NCBI GenBank assembly: GCA_029561345.1
Contig: JAKQJC010000043.1
Coordinates: 181,958-245,957, forward strand
Reading direction: 5' to 3'
Source: Chloroflexota bacterium
GTDB taxonomy: Bacteria > Chloroflexota > Anaerolineae > Anaerolineales > Anaerolineaceae
DNA: 64,000 nt
Shown: piece after piece, positions 29,004 to 38,630 of the stretch
Layout: each line of letters starts with the position of its first letter
How positions within the stretch are numbered: the first letter of the stretch is position 1
Made by a program: the position numbers and the translations under genes
Notes under the pieces: model-generated
Seen by the model: the letters and a program-made list of their open reading frames with translations, nothing else
Databases searched by the model: none
Told to the model about the DNA's origin: nothing

Positions 29004-30314
29004 ATGTTTATAGCGGATTGTATCGAAGCCCAACTGCCCGGCTGGCGGGACCGGGTGCAGCATCTGCGTGGAAAAAGCGGTGATTTCAAGGTTTGCGATG
29101 TCACCGTTTCCCAAATTTACAGCGGTATTCGCGGCGTTCAGATCCAGGTGAGTGATATTTCTTATGTGGATCCTTATGAAGGACTGCGTTTACGCGGCTA
29201 CACCATTCCAGAATTGCTTGATTTATTGCCCAAAGCGGCGGGTTCGCCAATGCCCCTGGCAGGCGGCCTTTATTATCTGCTGTTGTGCGACGCCCTGCCC
29301 ACCCGGCAACAGGCTGAAATGGTGGAAGAGGAATGGCGCCAGCGCAGCGAAATTCCAGCATATGTTTGCAATGTCATTCGCAGAATGCCGGCTGGCACGC
29401 ATCCAATGACCCTTTTTTCGATGGGCATCATGGCCTTGCAACGCGAATCTGTTTTTGCCAAAAAATATGACAACGGCACAGCCCGGGAAGATCATTGGCG
29501 TTATTATCTGGAAGATGCGCTGAATCTGACGGCCAAACTGCCCGGCCTGGCGGCGTTTATTTACAACCTGCGTTATCAGGACGGCATCACCATCCCGCCG
29601 GATCCTGACCTGGATTGGAGCGCCAATTTTGCCCATATGATTGACCGTTCGGGCAATCCGGATTATCACGATTTATGCCGTCTTTTTTTCTTTCTGCATT
29701 CTGATCACGAAGGCGGGAATGTCAGCGCACATGCCACTCATCTGATCAGCTCGGCGCTTTCAGATGTCTATCTTTCGTGCGCGGGGGGCATGAACGGTTT
29801 GGCAGGGCCGCTGCATGGCCTGGCCAACCAGGAATGTTTGAAATGGTTACTTGATGTACAGACATATTTTGGTAAAATACCTTCTCAGGAAGATTTACGT
29901 CAATACTTAATAGACCAGCTGCGGCACGGCGCGCTTATTCCCGGGTATGGACATGCTGTTTTGCGCACCACCGACCCGCGCTTTACCGCGCAGCTGGCGT
30001 TTGCCCGGAAATACATGCCGTCAGATGAACTGCTGCAGCTGGTGGATCTGGTATACCAGACCCTGCCAGATGTGCTCCAGGCTCAGGGCAAGGTCAGCAA
30101 TCCGTGGCCGAATGTAGATGCCATCAACGGCGCTCTGCAGTATCATTTTGGCGTGAAGGAGTTTGATTTCTACACTGTGTTGTTTGGCGTCAGCCGCATT
30201 ATGGGCCTGACTGCGCATATTGTATGGGCGCGCGCCTTGCTGAAGCCGATTGAACGGCCAAAATCGCTGACCACGGAAATGCTGGAAACGATGATCCGTA
30301 ACAGCGGTCATTAA
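29004..30314 (+). CDS. gltA: citrate synthase
   Basis: HSDHEGGNVSAH and GYGHAVLRTTDPR catalytic motifs. Confidence 0.92.
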   Translation: MFIADCIEAQLPGWRDRVQHLRGKSGDFKVCDVTVSQIYSGIRGVQIQVSDISYVDPYEGLRLRGYTIPELLDLLPKAAGSPMPLAGGLYYLLLCDALPTRQQAEMVEEEWRQRSEIPAYVCNVIRRMPAGTHPMTLFSMGIMALQRESVFAKKYDNGTAREDHWRYYLEDALNLTAKLPGLAAFIYNLRYQDGITIPPDPDLDWSANFAHMIDRSGNPDYHDLCRLFFFLHSDHEGGNVSAHATHLISSALSDVYLSCAGGMNGLAGPLHGLANQECLKWLLDVQTYFGKIPSQEDLRQYLIDQLRHGALIPGYGHAVLRTTDPRFTAQLAFARKYMPSDELLQLVDLVYQTLPDVLQAQGKVSNPWPNVDAINGALQYHFGVKEFDFYTVLFGVSRIMGLTAHIVWARALLKPIERPKSLTTEMLETMIRNSGH

Positions 30315-30419
30315 AGGCGGCATGATAACCATTGGGCTTTCACCTGAAAATTTCCCCAATTAATACAGGAAGGCACCCGGTTTTCCTGGCGCAATCATCT
30401 TGGAAGGAGTTTTTATTCA

Positions 30420-32197
30420 TGGATAATGGCACTTATCATATTTTTGGCGATAAACTGGTGCTGCGGATACGCAACAACCGGGTTTGCGATACTGTTGAAG
30501 AATTGATCAACAGCAGCCTGTTTTTGGACATCTTATCCAAATATGTGCGGCACCTTGCCCGGCAGCAATCCCGGCTGCTGCGCGTCTTTAAGAACGAAGA
30601 CCATGTGACGCCAGATGAACTGAAAACCATGCAGCAAACCCTGGTGCTGTTGACCAAGCTGCCCTTCGCGCAGGCGAAACGGGTGATCTCTGACAGCGAG
30701 ACCTTTTTTGAAGATGTGGAATTGTTCAGCGATTTTGTTGAACAGTTCTACAATTTCTGGCGGCGCCTGCACCGCCTGGTGGTCTGCGATTCCATTGGCG
30801 ACCGTCTGGATAAGCGTCCTTACCGCACGTTCAACGAGACGGTTGAGAAATTGATGCACGTGGTGCGCAGCGCACAGCGCGACATTCAAGAAAACCTCAC
30901 TGGCGCTCACCCGCGGGTTTACCGCCAGGTGAGCGCAGGCGCCGAAGTGGCCGCCATCACCCTGCCGCGCAAAATTGCCTACCCGAGCAGCGTTTATGAT
31001 CGGTTGAATGAAATTCTGGTCACCCGCCAGGTGTTGATTTATCCGCCGATGATCTTTAACACCCCCACCAATAAACGCAGCGGGCAGTTTGAGCGCGTGA
31101 ATGAAAACCCGCTGGAAAAACTGAACATCCAGCCGGATGAATGGCTGTGTTACCCGGCAAAGGTGGGGCCGTTGGTGATCATGGTGTATTTCACCATGCG
31201 CTATTTTGAACTGGGCTTTGCCCTGAGCAACCTGTTTGAACTGGCCGATGACGAAGACCTGAAGCGCAAACCGGATGCAGTATATCTTTTTGGCACGCCT
31301 GTGGAAGGCGAACATGCTCCGGGGGTGAATGAAACCATCTTCTTTGATGATGAGGAAAATGATATTCTGGTGGCCACCATTCCATACCGCAAGGAATATG
31401 GCTATTTTGGCTACCTTAAGAAAATGATTCTCACCCTGCACAATATCAAAATGATGAAAATGGGCCGTCTGCCCTTTCACGGCGCCATGTTCCACATTGT
31501 GCTGCGCAAAACCGGCCCGGTGAATGTGCTCCTGATCGGCGACAGCGGAGCGGGAAAATCGGAAACCCTCGAAGCGCTGCGCGGCATCATTGAAGAACAG
31601 GTGGAAGACCTGGTGATTGTGGCGGATGACATGGGGTCGGTGGATATTTTGCCAGATGGCCGGGTGGCTGGCTGCGGTACAGAGATCGGTGCCTTTGTGC
31701 GCCTGGATGATCTGCAGAAGGGCTATGCCCTGGGCCAGATCGACCGCACCATCATCATGAATGCCGACCAGGTGAACGCCCGGGTGGTCATTCCGGTGAC
31801 CAAGTTTCAGGATGTGATCCGCGGTTACGATGTGGATTTTGTGCTCTATGCTAACAACTATGATACCGTGGATGAAGCGCACCCGGTGATTGAACGCTTC
31901 CAGAGTCCCGAAGACGCCCTGCAGGTGTTTCGCGCCGGCGCCGTGATGAGCAAAGGCACCACCACCACCACCGGCCTGACCCACTCTTATTTTGCCAATA
32001 TTTTTGGTCCGCCCCAATACCAGGACCTGCATGAGCAAATTGCCCGGCGCTTCTTCAAAACCTTTTTTGAAAAAGGCATTTATGTGGGCGAACTGCGCAC
32101 CCAGCTTGGGGTGACCGGCATGGAAATGAGCGGGCCGGAGGTTTCAGCGCGCGCTCTGCTGGATATGTTGATGACGAGGAAAAAAAGCGGCGATTAA
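30420..32197 (+). CDS. HPr kinase/phosphorylase-like P-loop kinase domain fused to a large N-terminal domain of unknown function
   Basis: C-terminal region HGAMFHIVLRKTGPVNVLLIGDSGAGKSETLEAL...LVIVADD closely resembles the HprK catalytic core (GDSGxGKSE P-loop plus the ADD motif). The about 400-aa N-terminal part has no recognised domain. AAGGAG RBS. Confidence 0.7.
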
Positions 32198-32231
32198 ACC
32201 CGGCGGCCGCAGAAAATGCAGTTAAAAAATT

Positions 32232-32258
32232 CACGAGGCAGGTGCACCCTGCCTCGTG
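32232..32258. terminator. bidirectional terminator (11-bp stem CACGAGGCAGG/CCUGCCUCGUG)
   Basis: It lies between the convergent HprK-like gene and the hybrid histidine kinase gene. On the minus strand it is followed by AAUUUUUUAAC. Confidence 0.65.
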
Positions 32259-32282
32259 GGTTTGATTGGAAAGGTGAGAAGG

Positions 32283-35252
32283 TCAGCTTCTTCCTGTGCG
32301 GCATTCATCTTTCAAAGCCGTGATCACCCGCAGGTATTCGCGCTCAATGCGTTCCAGCAGGGGGCGGGCATGCACCAACGTGCCAGTGCGGGTCAGGTTT
32401 TCCATATCGCGGCACAGGGCAGAAAGGCCGCGCGCGCCCATGTTGGCGCTGTCGCTGCCCAGGTTGGCAGCTGTGCGCCGCAGCAGGTCGGCAGAGCCGC
32501 GTTCCAGGGCAGCCCGCATGGTTTCCATCAGGGGCGCGCTGCTTTGCAGGTAAAGGTCAATCAGTTCAGCCAGAAAATCGGGTTCGCCCCTGGCCTGCAG
32601 CGAGCGCAGTCCAGCGATATGCTCCCTGTCCAGCGGGTCTTCGGGGAGTATGGTTTCCTCGGCCGGTTCGCTGACCGGAAAACTCAGGCCGCCAGTTTGA
32701 GAAATTTCAGGCGGCGTCAGGCTGCGGCGCAGGGCATCCAGCTCGGCGTCATCGCAGGTGAAGCAGCGTCCAAAGGCGGCGGTGAACCAGAAGGTGGCAC
32801 CGCTGCCCTCTTCGCTTTCCACGCCGATTTGCCCGCCCATCAGTTCCACCAGGCGGTGGGCAATGGGCAGCCCCAGGCCGCTGCCTTCATAGCGGCGGGT
32901 GGTGCCGCCTTCGCCCTGGGCAAAGGGCAGAAAGAGCCGGCGGCGGGCAGCTTCAGTAAGGCCAATGCCAGTGTCGCTGACGCTGAAATGCAGGCCCACT
33001 TCGGTGTTGTTCAGGCTTTCAAGGCGGGCTTTCACTTTAACTTCGCCCTGGGCGGTGAATTTGACGGCGTTGCTGACCAGGTTTGAAAGCACCTGCTGCA
33101 GGCGGCGCGGATCACCCGTCACCCGTTTGGGCAGCAGGGGGTCCACTTCCAGATAAAAAGCCAGACCCTTCTTTTGAGCCTGTGGGGCATATTGTTCCTG
33201 CACCGCATCCAGCACATCCTGAAGCTCAAAATCGAGGTTTTCAACCGCCACCTGCCCGGCTTCAATGCGCGAATAGTCAAGAATGTCATTCAGCAGGCGG
33301 GTCATCACCTGGGCCGACTCATAGACAATCTGCGCCCAGTCGAGCTGTTCGTCTTTCAGGCCGCTGTCAAGCAGCAGGGCGCTCATGCCAAGGATGGCGT
33401 TCATGGGGGTGCGAATTTCATGGCTGATGGCAGCCAGAAATTCGCTTTTCAGGTCGGCTGCCTCAAGTGCCTCATCCCGCGCCTCGGCCAGCCATTTACC
33501 CTGTTGAATCAGTTCTTCGGTGTTGGCTTCGAGCTGGCGGATGTGCTGTCTGCGTTCCAGTTCCTGGCTGGCCAGGCGGCTCATCAACAGCAGGGCTTCG
33601 CTTTCTGCCTGTGCAAAGCTGCCCGGGTATGGTTTTTTGCTGTTAAAGCTCAGGGTGCCGAAAAGTTTTCCCGCCACATAGAGCGGGCAGCCCAGGTAAG
33701 CTTCAATGTGGTTCATTTGATAGGCCGGGTGGATCAGCCACTGGGAGTGTGCAGCGTGTTCAAAGCCCACCGGCATATTGGCTTCCAGCACATCGCGGCA
33801 AAACGTGTTTCTTAATGGCATGGTGGTGCCGCGTTCCAGATGTCTCTCGGCTGAAACAGCCTCCACAATCTCGTAAGTATCTTCTTCAACGCGCGAGAGA
33901 ATGCCGGTTTCAAGGCCAAAGTGGCTGCAGCCCAGTTTCAGCAGCCGCTGCAGGCGGTCGCTGGTATTGAGGGTGGGTTCAGCGGTGATCTCGTACAGGG
34001 CGCGAATGAAGGCCTCGCTGCGTTCGCGCGCCTCGGCGGCCTGGTGTTCGTGGGTCACATCCAGCAGAGTGCCGGCGATGCCGGTGGGTTGGCCGTTTTC
34101 CAGGGTCAGTGTGGCAAAAACCTGGAACCAATGTGTCTGCCCCGAGCTGTCGGGCATGCGAATTTCATCGCGGCAGTAGAGGCGGGTGACGTGCAGCAGT
34201 TCAAACAGGTCGTGCATATGCTGGCGGTCGTCCGGCAGCACATAATCGAAAAAGGACCGTCCCATGATTTCATCGCGCGAAAAGCCGGTGGTTTCCTGCC
34301 AGGCAGGGTTGACAAATATCCAGCGCGTGTTGTTATCGAGCTGAAAAATGATCTCCTTGACGCTGTCCATCACCAGACGGTAGCGGGCTTCAGATTGGGC
34401 CAGCTCTTTTTCAACGCGTTTACGTTCCACCAGTTCACGCCGCACGCTCTGCACCAGGCGGGTCATTTCCAGCACCTGGCTGGCGGCGGTGGCCATGCTC
34501 ATGGCCAGGGCAATTTCATCGGGTGAGAAATCTCGCGGTTCGGGCGTGTCGAGGCCCAGGGTGCCAATGAGACGGTTCTGGATCAGCAGGGGGATGATCA
34601 GCAGGCCCACCGTGCCGCGGCTGCGCAGCAGGTTGCGGCTGGCGCCCACGCGCTCATCTTCCAGAATATTGCGAATGGCCAGGGGCTGGCGGTGGGCCAT
34701 CACCCACTGCGTGGCCGGGTTGGCCTCCAGGGGGATCAGTTCACCAATAACCGATGGCAGGCCGGGGGAAGAATATTCAGCCACCACCTTCAACTCATGC
34801 TGGTCTTCATCAAGCAGGGCCACCGCCGATTGCGGCGCTTCCATCACCCGCGCCAGTTCGGCGCAGATGGTGGTGAGAACGGCCAGGGAATCGCTGGTGC
34901 GCACGGCTTCAGAGAGAATGCGGTTGAACAGCAGGGCTTCTTCCCGGCGGATGTGCTGCTGTTTCACCTGCTGGCTGATATCCTGGGCCAGCAGCATCCA
35001 GCTTTCAGGGGCGGTTTCAACCAGGCTCAAGCGAATATCCAGCTCATTGTGTTGAATTTCGCGGATGCAGGCGTTCAGCGGCAGGCTGGCGCCGGCCAGA
35101 AAAGCCGGCAGTTCGGGCAGGGGCGCATTTTCATCCAGGTCAAAAAGACGAAAAAAACCGGCGTTGGCTTTTTCCAGTTTCAGAGTGCCTGGCGCAAGCC
35201 AGGCGCATCCATGACGGATGGCGGTGATGGGTCCAGCTGGAATTTGGTTCAC
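32283..35252 (-). CDS. multi-sensor hybrid histidine kinase (GAF-PAS-GAF-HisKA-HATPase_c-Hpt)
   Basis: H-box [14 protein letters not shown] and G boxes in the HATPase_c domain, and a C-terminal Hpt-like helical domain; 989 aa. Confidence 0.88.
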   Translation of the reverse strand: MNQIPAGPITAIRHGCAWLAPGTLKLEKANAGFFRLFDLDENAPLPELPAFLAGASLPLNACIREIQHNELDIRLSLVETAPESWMLLAQDISQQVKQQHIRREEALLFNRILSEAVRTSDSLAVLTTICAELARVMEAPQSAVALLDEDQHELKVVAEYSSPGLPSVIGELIPLEANPATQWVMAHRQPLAIRNILEDERVGASRNLLRSRGTVGLLIIPLLIQNRLIGTLGLDTPEPRDFSPDEIALAMSMATAASQVLEMTRLVQSVRRELVERKRVEKELAQSEARYRLVMDSVKEIIFQLDNNTRWIFVNPAWQETTGFSRDEIMGRSFFDYVLPDDRQHMHDLFELLHVTRLYCRDEIRMPDSSGQTHWFQVFATLTLENGQPTGIAGTLLDVTHEHQAAEARERSEAFIRALYEITAEPTLNTSDRLQRLLKLGCSHFGLETGILSRVEEDTYEIVEAVSAERHLERGTTMPLRNTFCRDVLEANMPVGFEHAAHSQWLIHPAYQMNHIEAYLGCPLYVAGKLFGTLSFNSKKPYPGSFAQAESEALLLMSRLASQELERRQHIRQLEANTEELIQQGKWLAEARDEALEAADLKSEFLAAISHEIRTPMNAILGMSALLLDSGLKDEQLDWAQIVYESAQVMTRLLNDILDYSRIEAGQVAVENLDFELQDVLDAVQEQYAPQAQKKGLAFYLEVDPLLPKRVTGDPRRLQQVLSNLVSNAVKFTAQGEVKVKARLESLNNTEVGLHFSVSDTGIGLTEAARRRLFLPFAQGEGGTTRRYEGSGLGLPIAHRLVELMGGQIGVESEEGSGATFWFTAAFGRCFTCDDAELDALRRSLTPPEISQTGGLSFPVSEPAEETILPEDPLDREHIAGLRSLQARGEPDFLAELIDLYLQSSAPLMETMRAALERGSADLLRRTAANLGSDSANMGARGLSALCRDMENLTRTGTLVHARPLLERIEREYLRVITALKDECRTGRS

Positions 35253-35269
35253 ATTGCACCTCTTGGGGG

Positions 35270-36493
35270 CTAGTGCCGGGTCTGTTTGTTGCGGATGGTG
35301 ACGCGCTGCCAGGCTTCGCTGGGAGAAGCCGGCGCGGACTGTTTGTGTTCGTCAGTGCTGAGGTTGTAGCAGTAATCTTCGAGCAAAACCCCCAGCGGGC
35401 TGGAGGGGGCGGCGGCGATGGGCGGGGTGCCAAAATTGATGCCGTTCACAAATGCTTCGGGCGAGAACGGGATCACCAGGTCCACCGTCAGTTTGAGGGC
35501 GGTTTCGATATCTTTGCGCGCCAGGCCGCGCTTTTCAAAGGTCCAGTTGATGATGGGGCGGACTTTGCTGCGCGGATAGCCCAGGGTATCGAAAACTTCA
35601 AGCGCGGTTGCGGCAGCGCGAATGGAAGCCAGCTCAGGAGACATCACCAGCAGAATGATGTCGGTCGCATCCAGCCCGGCCAGGGTGGTTTCGCGAAAAT
35701 CGTGCGGCAGATCCATGACGAGGTAGTGATGGGATGATTTGAGGTGTTTCATCACCATGGCCACTTTTTCCCCGTTGATCAGTTCGCCCTGTTCGGGTTT
35801 GCGCGGCGCAGCCAGCAGGTTGACCCCGGAAGGGTGGCGGGTCATCACATCGTGAACCAGGTCTGCGTCCAGTTCGGGAACCGGAATCGGCGCCAGGTCA
35901 GCCCAGGTGTTGCGCAGCGGCAGGTTAAGCATCAGGGCGTCCTGCCCGGCCGTCAGCACCAGGTCTGTGAGCGCCACTGGCTTGCTCCAAATTTGCGCCA
36001 GACCCACCGCCAGGTTGGCGGCCAGGCTGGAAACCCCCACGCCGCCGCGCAGCGAAAACACCCCGATGGCCCGCCCTTGCAAGGCGGCCGCTGCGTCTTC
36101 CCTGGCAGCTTCGGCAGCCGTGGAGCCGCGGCGCATCTGCGCTTTGATGCGCGCCTGCAATTCTGCTGGTTGGAAGGGCTTGGTGATGTAATCATCGGCG
36201 CCGGCTTCAAACCCCTTGATTTTTTCTTCCAGTGTATCGTTGGCGGTCAGCATAACGATGGGCAGGCGGGCCGTGACCGGGTTGGCGCGCAGCCGCCGGC
36301 AGACCTCGTAGCCGTCCATTTCCGGCATCATGACATCCAGGATGATCAGGTCAGGGCGAATATCATTGACTTTGGCCAGCGCCTTGGGCCCGCTTTCGGC
36401 GGTGAAGACCTCAAACCCGGCCTGAGCCAGGGTGGCGGCGATGACTTTCAGGTTTACCAGGTTGTCGTCAACGGCCAGAATTCGTGATCCCAT
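35270..36493 (-). CDS. response regulator with REC domain fused to a CpaE/TadZ-like MinD/ParA-type domain with degenerate Walker A
   Basis: REC: ILAVDDNLVNL...DLIILDVMMPEMDG...KPF. ATPase-like domain: LRGGVGVSS in place of KGGVGKTT (both lysines lost). Confidence 0.8.
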   Translation of the reverse strand: MGSRILAVDDNLVNLKVIAATLAQAGFEVFTAESGPKALAKVNDIRPDLIILDVMMPEMDGYEVCRRLRANPVTARLPIVMLTANDTLEEKIKGFEAGADDYITKPFQPAELQARIKAQMRRGSTAAEAAREDAAAALQGRAIGVFSLRGGVGVSSLAANLAVGLAQIWSKPVALTDLVLTAGQDALMLNLPLRNTWADLAPIPVPELDADLVHDVMTRHPSGVNLLAAPRKPEQGELINGEKVAMVMKHLKSSHHYLVMDLPHDFRETTLAGLDATDIILLVMSPELASIRAAATALEVFDTLGYPRSKVRPIINWTFEKRGLARKDIETALKLTVDLVIPFSPEAFVNGINFGTPPIAAAPSSPLGVLLEDYCYNLSTDEHKQSAPASPSEAWQRVTIRNKQTRH

Positions 36494-36596
36494 AGTCCAC
36501 TCTCACTTTACCAGTTTGATGATACTGTTATTGTACATAAAAAAGCGGATTAGCACAAAGGTTTTGATGGGCCCAAGTTAATCTATGCGATTAAAA

Positions 36597-36624
36597 CAGG
36601 CGGCCTCCGTCACCAGAGGCCGCC
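36597..36624 (-). terminator. rho-independent terminator after the asparaginase gene
   Basis: 10-bp stem AGGCGGCCUC/GAGGCCGCCU, followed on the minus strand by GUUUUAAUCGC. Confidence 0.65.
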
Positions 36625-36652
36625 TGTATGGTGTTCATTTGCAGGAAAAGAC

Positions 36653-37693
36653 TCAGTTTTCCAACGAGAAAATGGGGCGCATCTCGCCAACCACCAGTTT
36701 GCGCCAGTTCAAGACTGGTTTGCGCGGACCAAAATCGGCCAGGGCTTGCAAATCGGCTTCGCTGAGCACGCCGAGCTGGCGCAGCACTTCAAGGGCCACA
36801 GCCGGAATCGCGCGGCCTTTCAGGTCGCCATCAGAAATTTTGATGGCCACACCCAGGCCAGGCGAACCCGCGCCCAGGGCGCCGGGCATGATGGCCATGC
36901 CCTGGAAGCCTTCGGCGCCGCCTTTGGCGGTGACGCGGCCAGAGAGGGCCGCCATCAACATGGTATCAAAGCGGCCCGGACCGCCCACCATGTCGCCGTT
37001 GGCCATCATGGCGCTGGTGATGCGCTGGCAGGCCGCCGCGCGTGCCGGAGCCAGGTTGGATGGGTCCGCCAGGCGGGCATAGGCCAGGGCGGCGTTGCGC
37101 AGGGGCATGGCATGCACCGGCGCCGAGCAGCCGTCCACACCCATTTCGATCGCTTCGGGTTTCATATCTGACATTTCAGCGATGGTTTGCAGGATGATTT
37201 TCTGCAGGGGGTGTTCAAGGTTGATGTAATCTTCGTGTGAAAAACCGCGCAGGGCGGCGTGCGAGAGGAAGCCGGTGTGCTTGCCCGAGCAGTTATGGCG
37301 GTTGGGGGTGGGGGTTTCACCGCGCGCGCGCATGGCATGTTCCGTGGCTTCGTCCATCGGCCAGTGGGTGCCGCAGAGCAGTTCGCTCTCTTTCAGCTTC
37401 ACTTTTTTCTGGATGCCGCTGACCACATTGAAATGTTCATCGGTGCCGGAATGGGAGGCGCACATGATGGCCACCTCGCGTGGGGTGAGTTTAAAATGCA
37501 CATCGCCCTCCGCCTCAATGAAGGGCAATGCCTGGAAGGGTTTGGCTGAGCTGCGCATAAAAGTCACCAGGTCTGGGTTCCCATAGGAAGCCACCAGGCT
37601 GCCGCAGGCATCCATCACTGCCAGCGCCCCAAAATGCACAGATTCAACGATATTTCCGCGGGTTAATTCAAGCAATGGAACGGTTCCAGTCAT
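36653..37693 (-). CDS. asparaginase-family protein (L-asparaginase II, PF06089 type)
   Basis: CGTHWP and CSGKHTG motifs typical of the Rhizobium-type asparaginase family. Confidence 0.8.
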   Translation of the reverse strand: MTGTVPLLELTRGNIVESVHFGALAVMDACGSLVASYGNPDLVTFMRSSAKPFQALPFIEAEGDVHFKLTPREVAIMCASHSGTDEHFNVVSGIQKKVKLKESELLCGTHWPMDEATEHAMRARGETPTPNRHNCSGKHTGFLSHAALRGFSHEDYINLEHPLQKIILQTIAEMSDMKPEAIEMGVDGCSAPVHAMPLRNAALAYARLADPSNLAPARAAACQRITSAMMANGDMVGGPGRFDTMLMAALSGRVTAKGGAEGFQGMAIMPGALGAGSPGLGVAIKISDGDLKGRAIPAVALEVLRQLGVLSEADLQALADFGPRKPVLNWRKLVVGEMRPIFSLEN

Positions 37694-38613
37694 TCTAGTT
37701 CCTCATTTTCTTCTTTTTCCAATTCCAGTTCGTCTTTTTCTTTGGGTTCTGCTTCAATGACGGCTTCTTCAGCCGGCAAAGCCAGGTAACGGCGCTGGTA
37801 ATAGTGCAGCAGACCCCAGCGCAGGCGGTTCTTGAACAGTTCTTCGCGCCCTTCAGGGATGATCAGGTTGCGATAGAAGCGCGGAATGAGGGTTTCGGTG
37901 GCCTCTGGGGCCGCCTTGTGGGCGGCCAGGTCTTCCAGGGCTTCGTGCATTTCGGTGAGCAGACTGATCTGCTCCTGCACCTGCTGGGCGGTCACCAGGC
38001 CGGTGCGCCCGCCCACCATCAGATAGTTTTGATAGGGCGGGGCCAGCAGGCTTTTGAGGGCGTCGATCCAAACGGGAAGGTTGGCGTTGGAGAGGAAAGG
38101 CGGCTGCCCGGGAATGACAGCATCTCCGATGAAAACCACGCCAGCTGCCGGCGCCACCACCCACACGGCGCCTTCGTGGGAGCCGGGGTGATGTTCAAGG
38201 GCGATGGGCTCATCATCCCAATAGAGGAGCATGCGCTGGCTGAAGGAGATATCTGGCGGGGTCCAGCGGATGTTGCCCAGGCCGTTGCAAAGCTCCCATT
38301 CGGCGCCGGTTTGCACATCCTGGAACTTGAGTGCGGTGGGTCGGTTGCGGAAAATATCGCAGGTGATCTCGTGAGCCACCACCGTGCATTCCATGGCGCG
38401 CGCGCCAATGGAACGATCAATGTGGGCGTCGAGGCTGACCACCATGCGTTCCACGCCGCCGCCCAGGTTCAGCAGCCCGCCGCGCCATGAGCGCACATCT
38501 TCAGGCCGGGGCGGTGCGTCAATCAATAACAGGCCGTGAGGTAAGCTGATGGCGCCCAGGGTGACGCCAATGAAGCCTGTTTCCAAATAAATGCCCTGTG
38601 CAATTTCGTGCAT
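37690..38613 (-). CDS. MBL-fold metallo-hydrolase
   Basis: Beta-lactamase-fold HxHxDH-like region (SLDAHIDRSIG; HHPGSHEG) and an acidic C-terminal tail. It overlaps the downstream gene by 4 nt. Confidence 0.7.
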   Translation of the reverse strand: MHEIAQGIYLETGFIGVTLGAISLPHGLLLIDAPPRPEDVRSWRGGLLNLGGGVERMVVSLDAHIDRSIGARAMECTVVAHEITCDIFRNRPTALKFQDVQTGAEWELCNGLGNIRWTPPDISFSQRMLLYWDDEPIALEHHPGSHEGAVWVVAPAAGVVFIGDAVIPGQPPFLSNANLPVWIDALKSLLAPPYQNYLMVGGRTGLVTAQQVQEQISLLTEMHEALEDLAAHKAAPEATETLIPRFYRNLIIPEGREELFKNRLRWGLLHYYQRRYLALPAEEAVIEAEPKEKDELELEKEENEELE

Positions 38614-38630
38614 AGATGCTCCTCAAAAGT

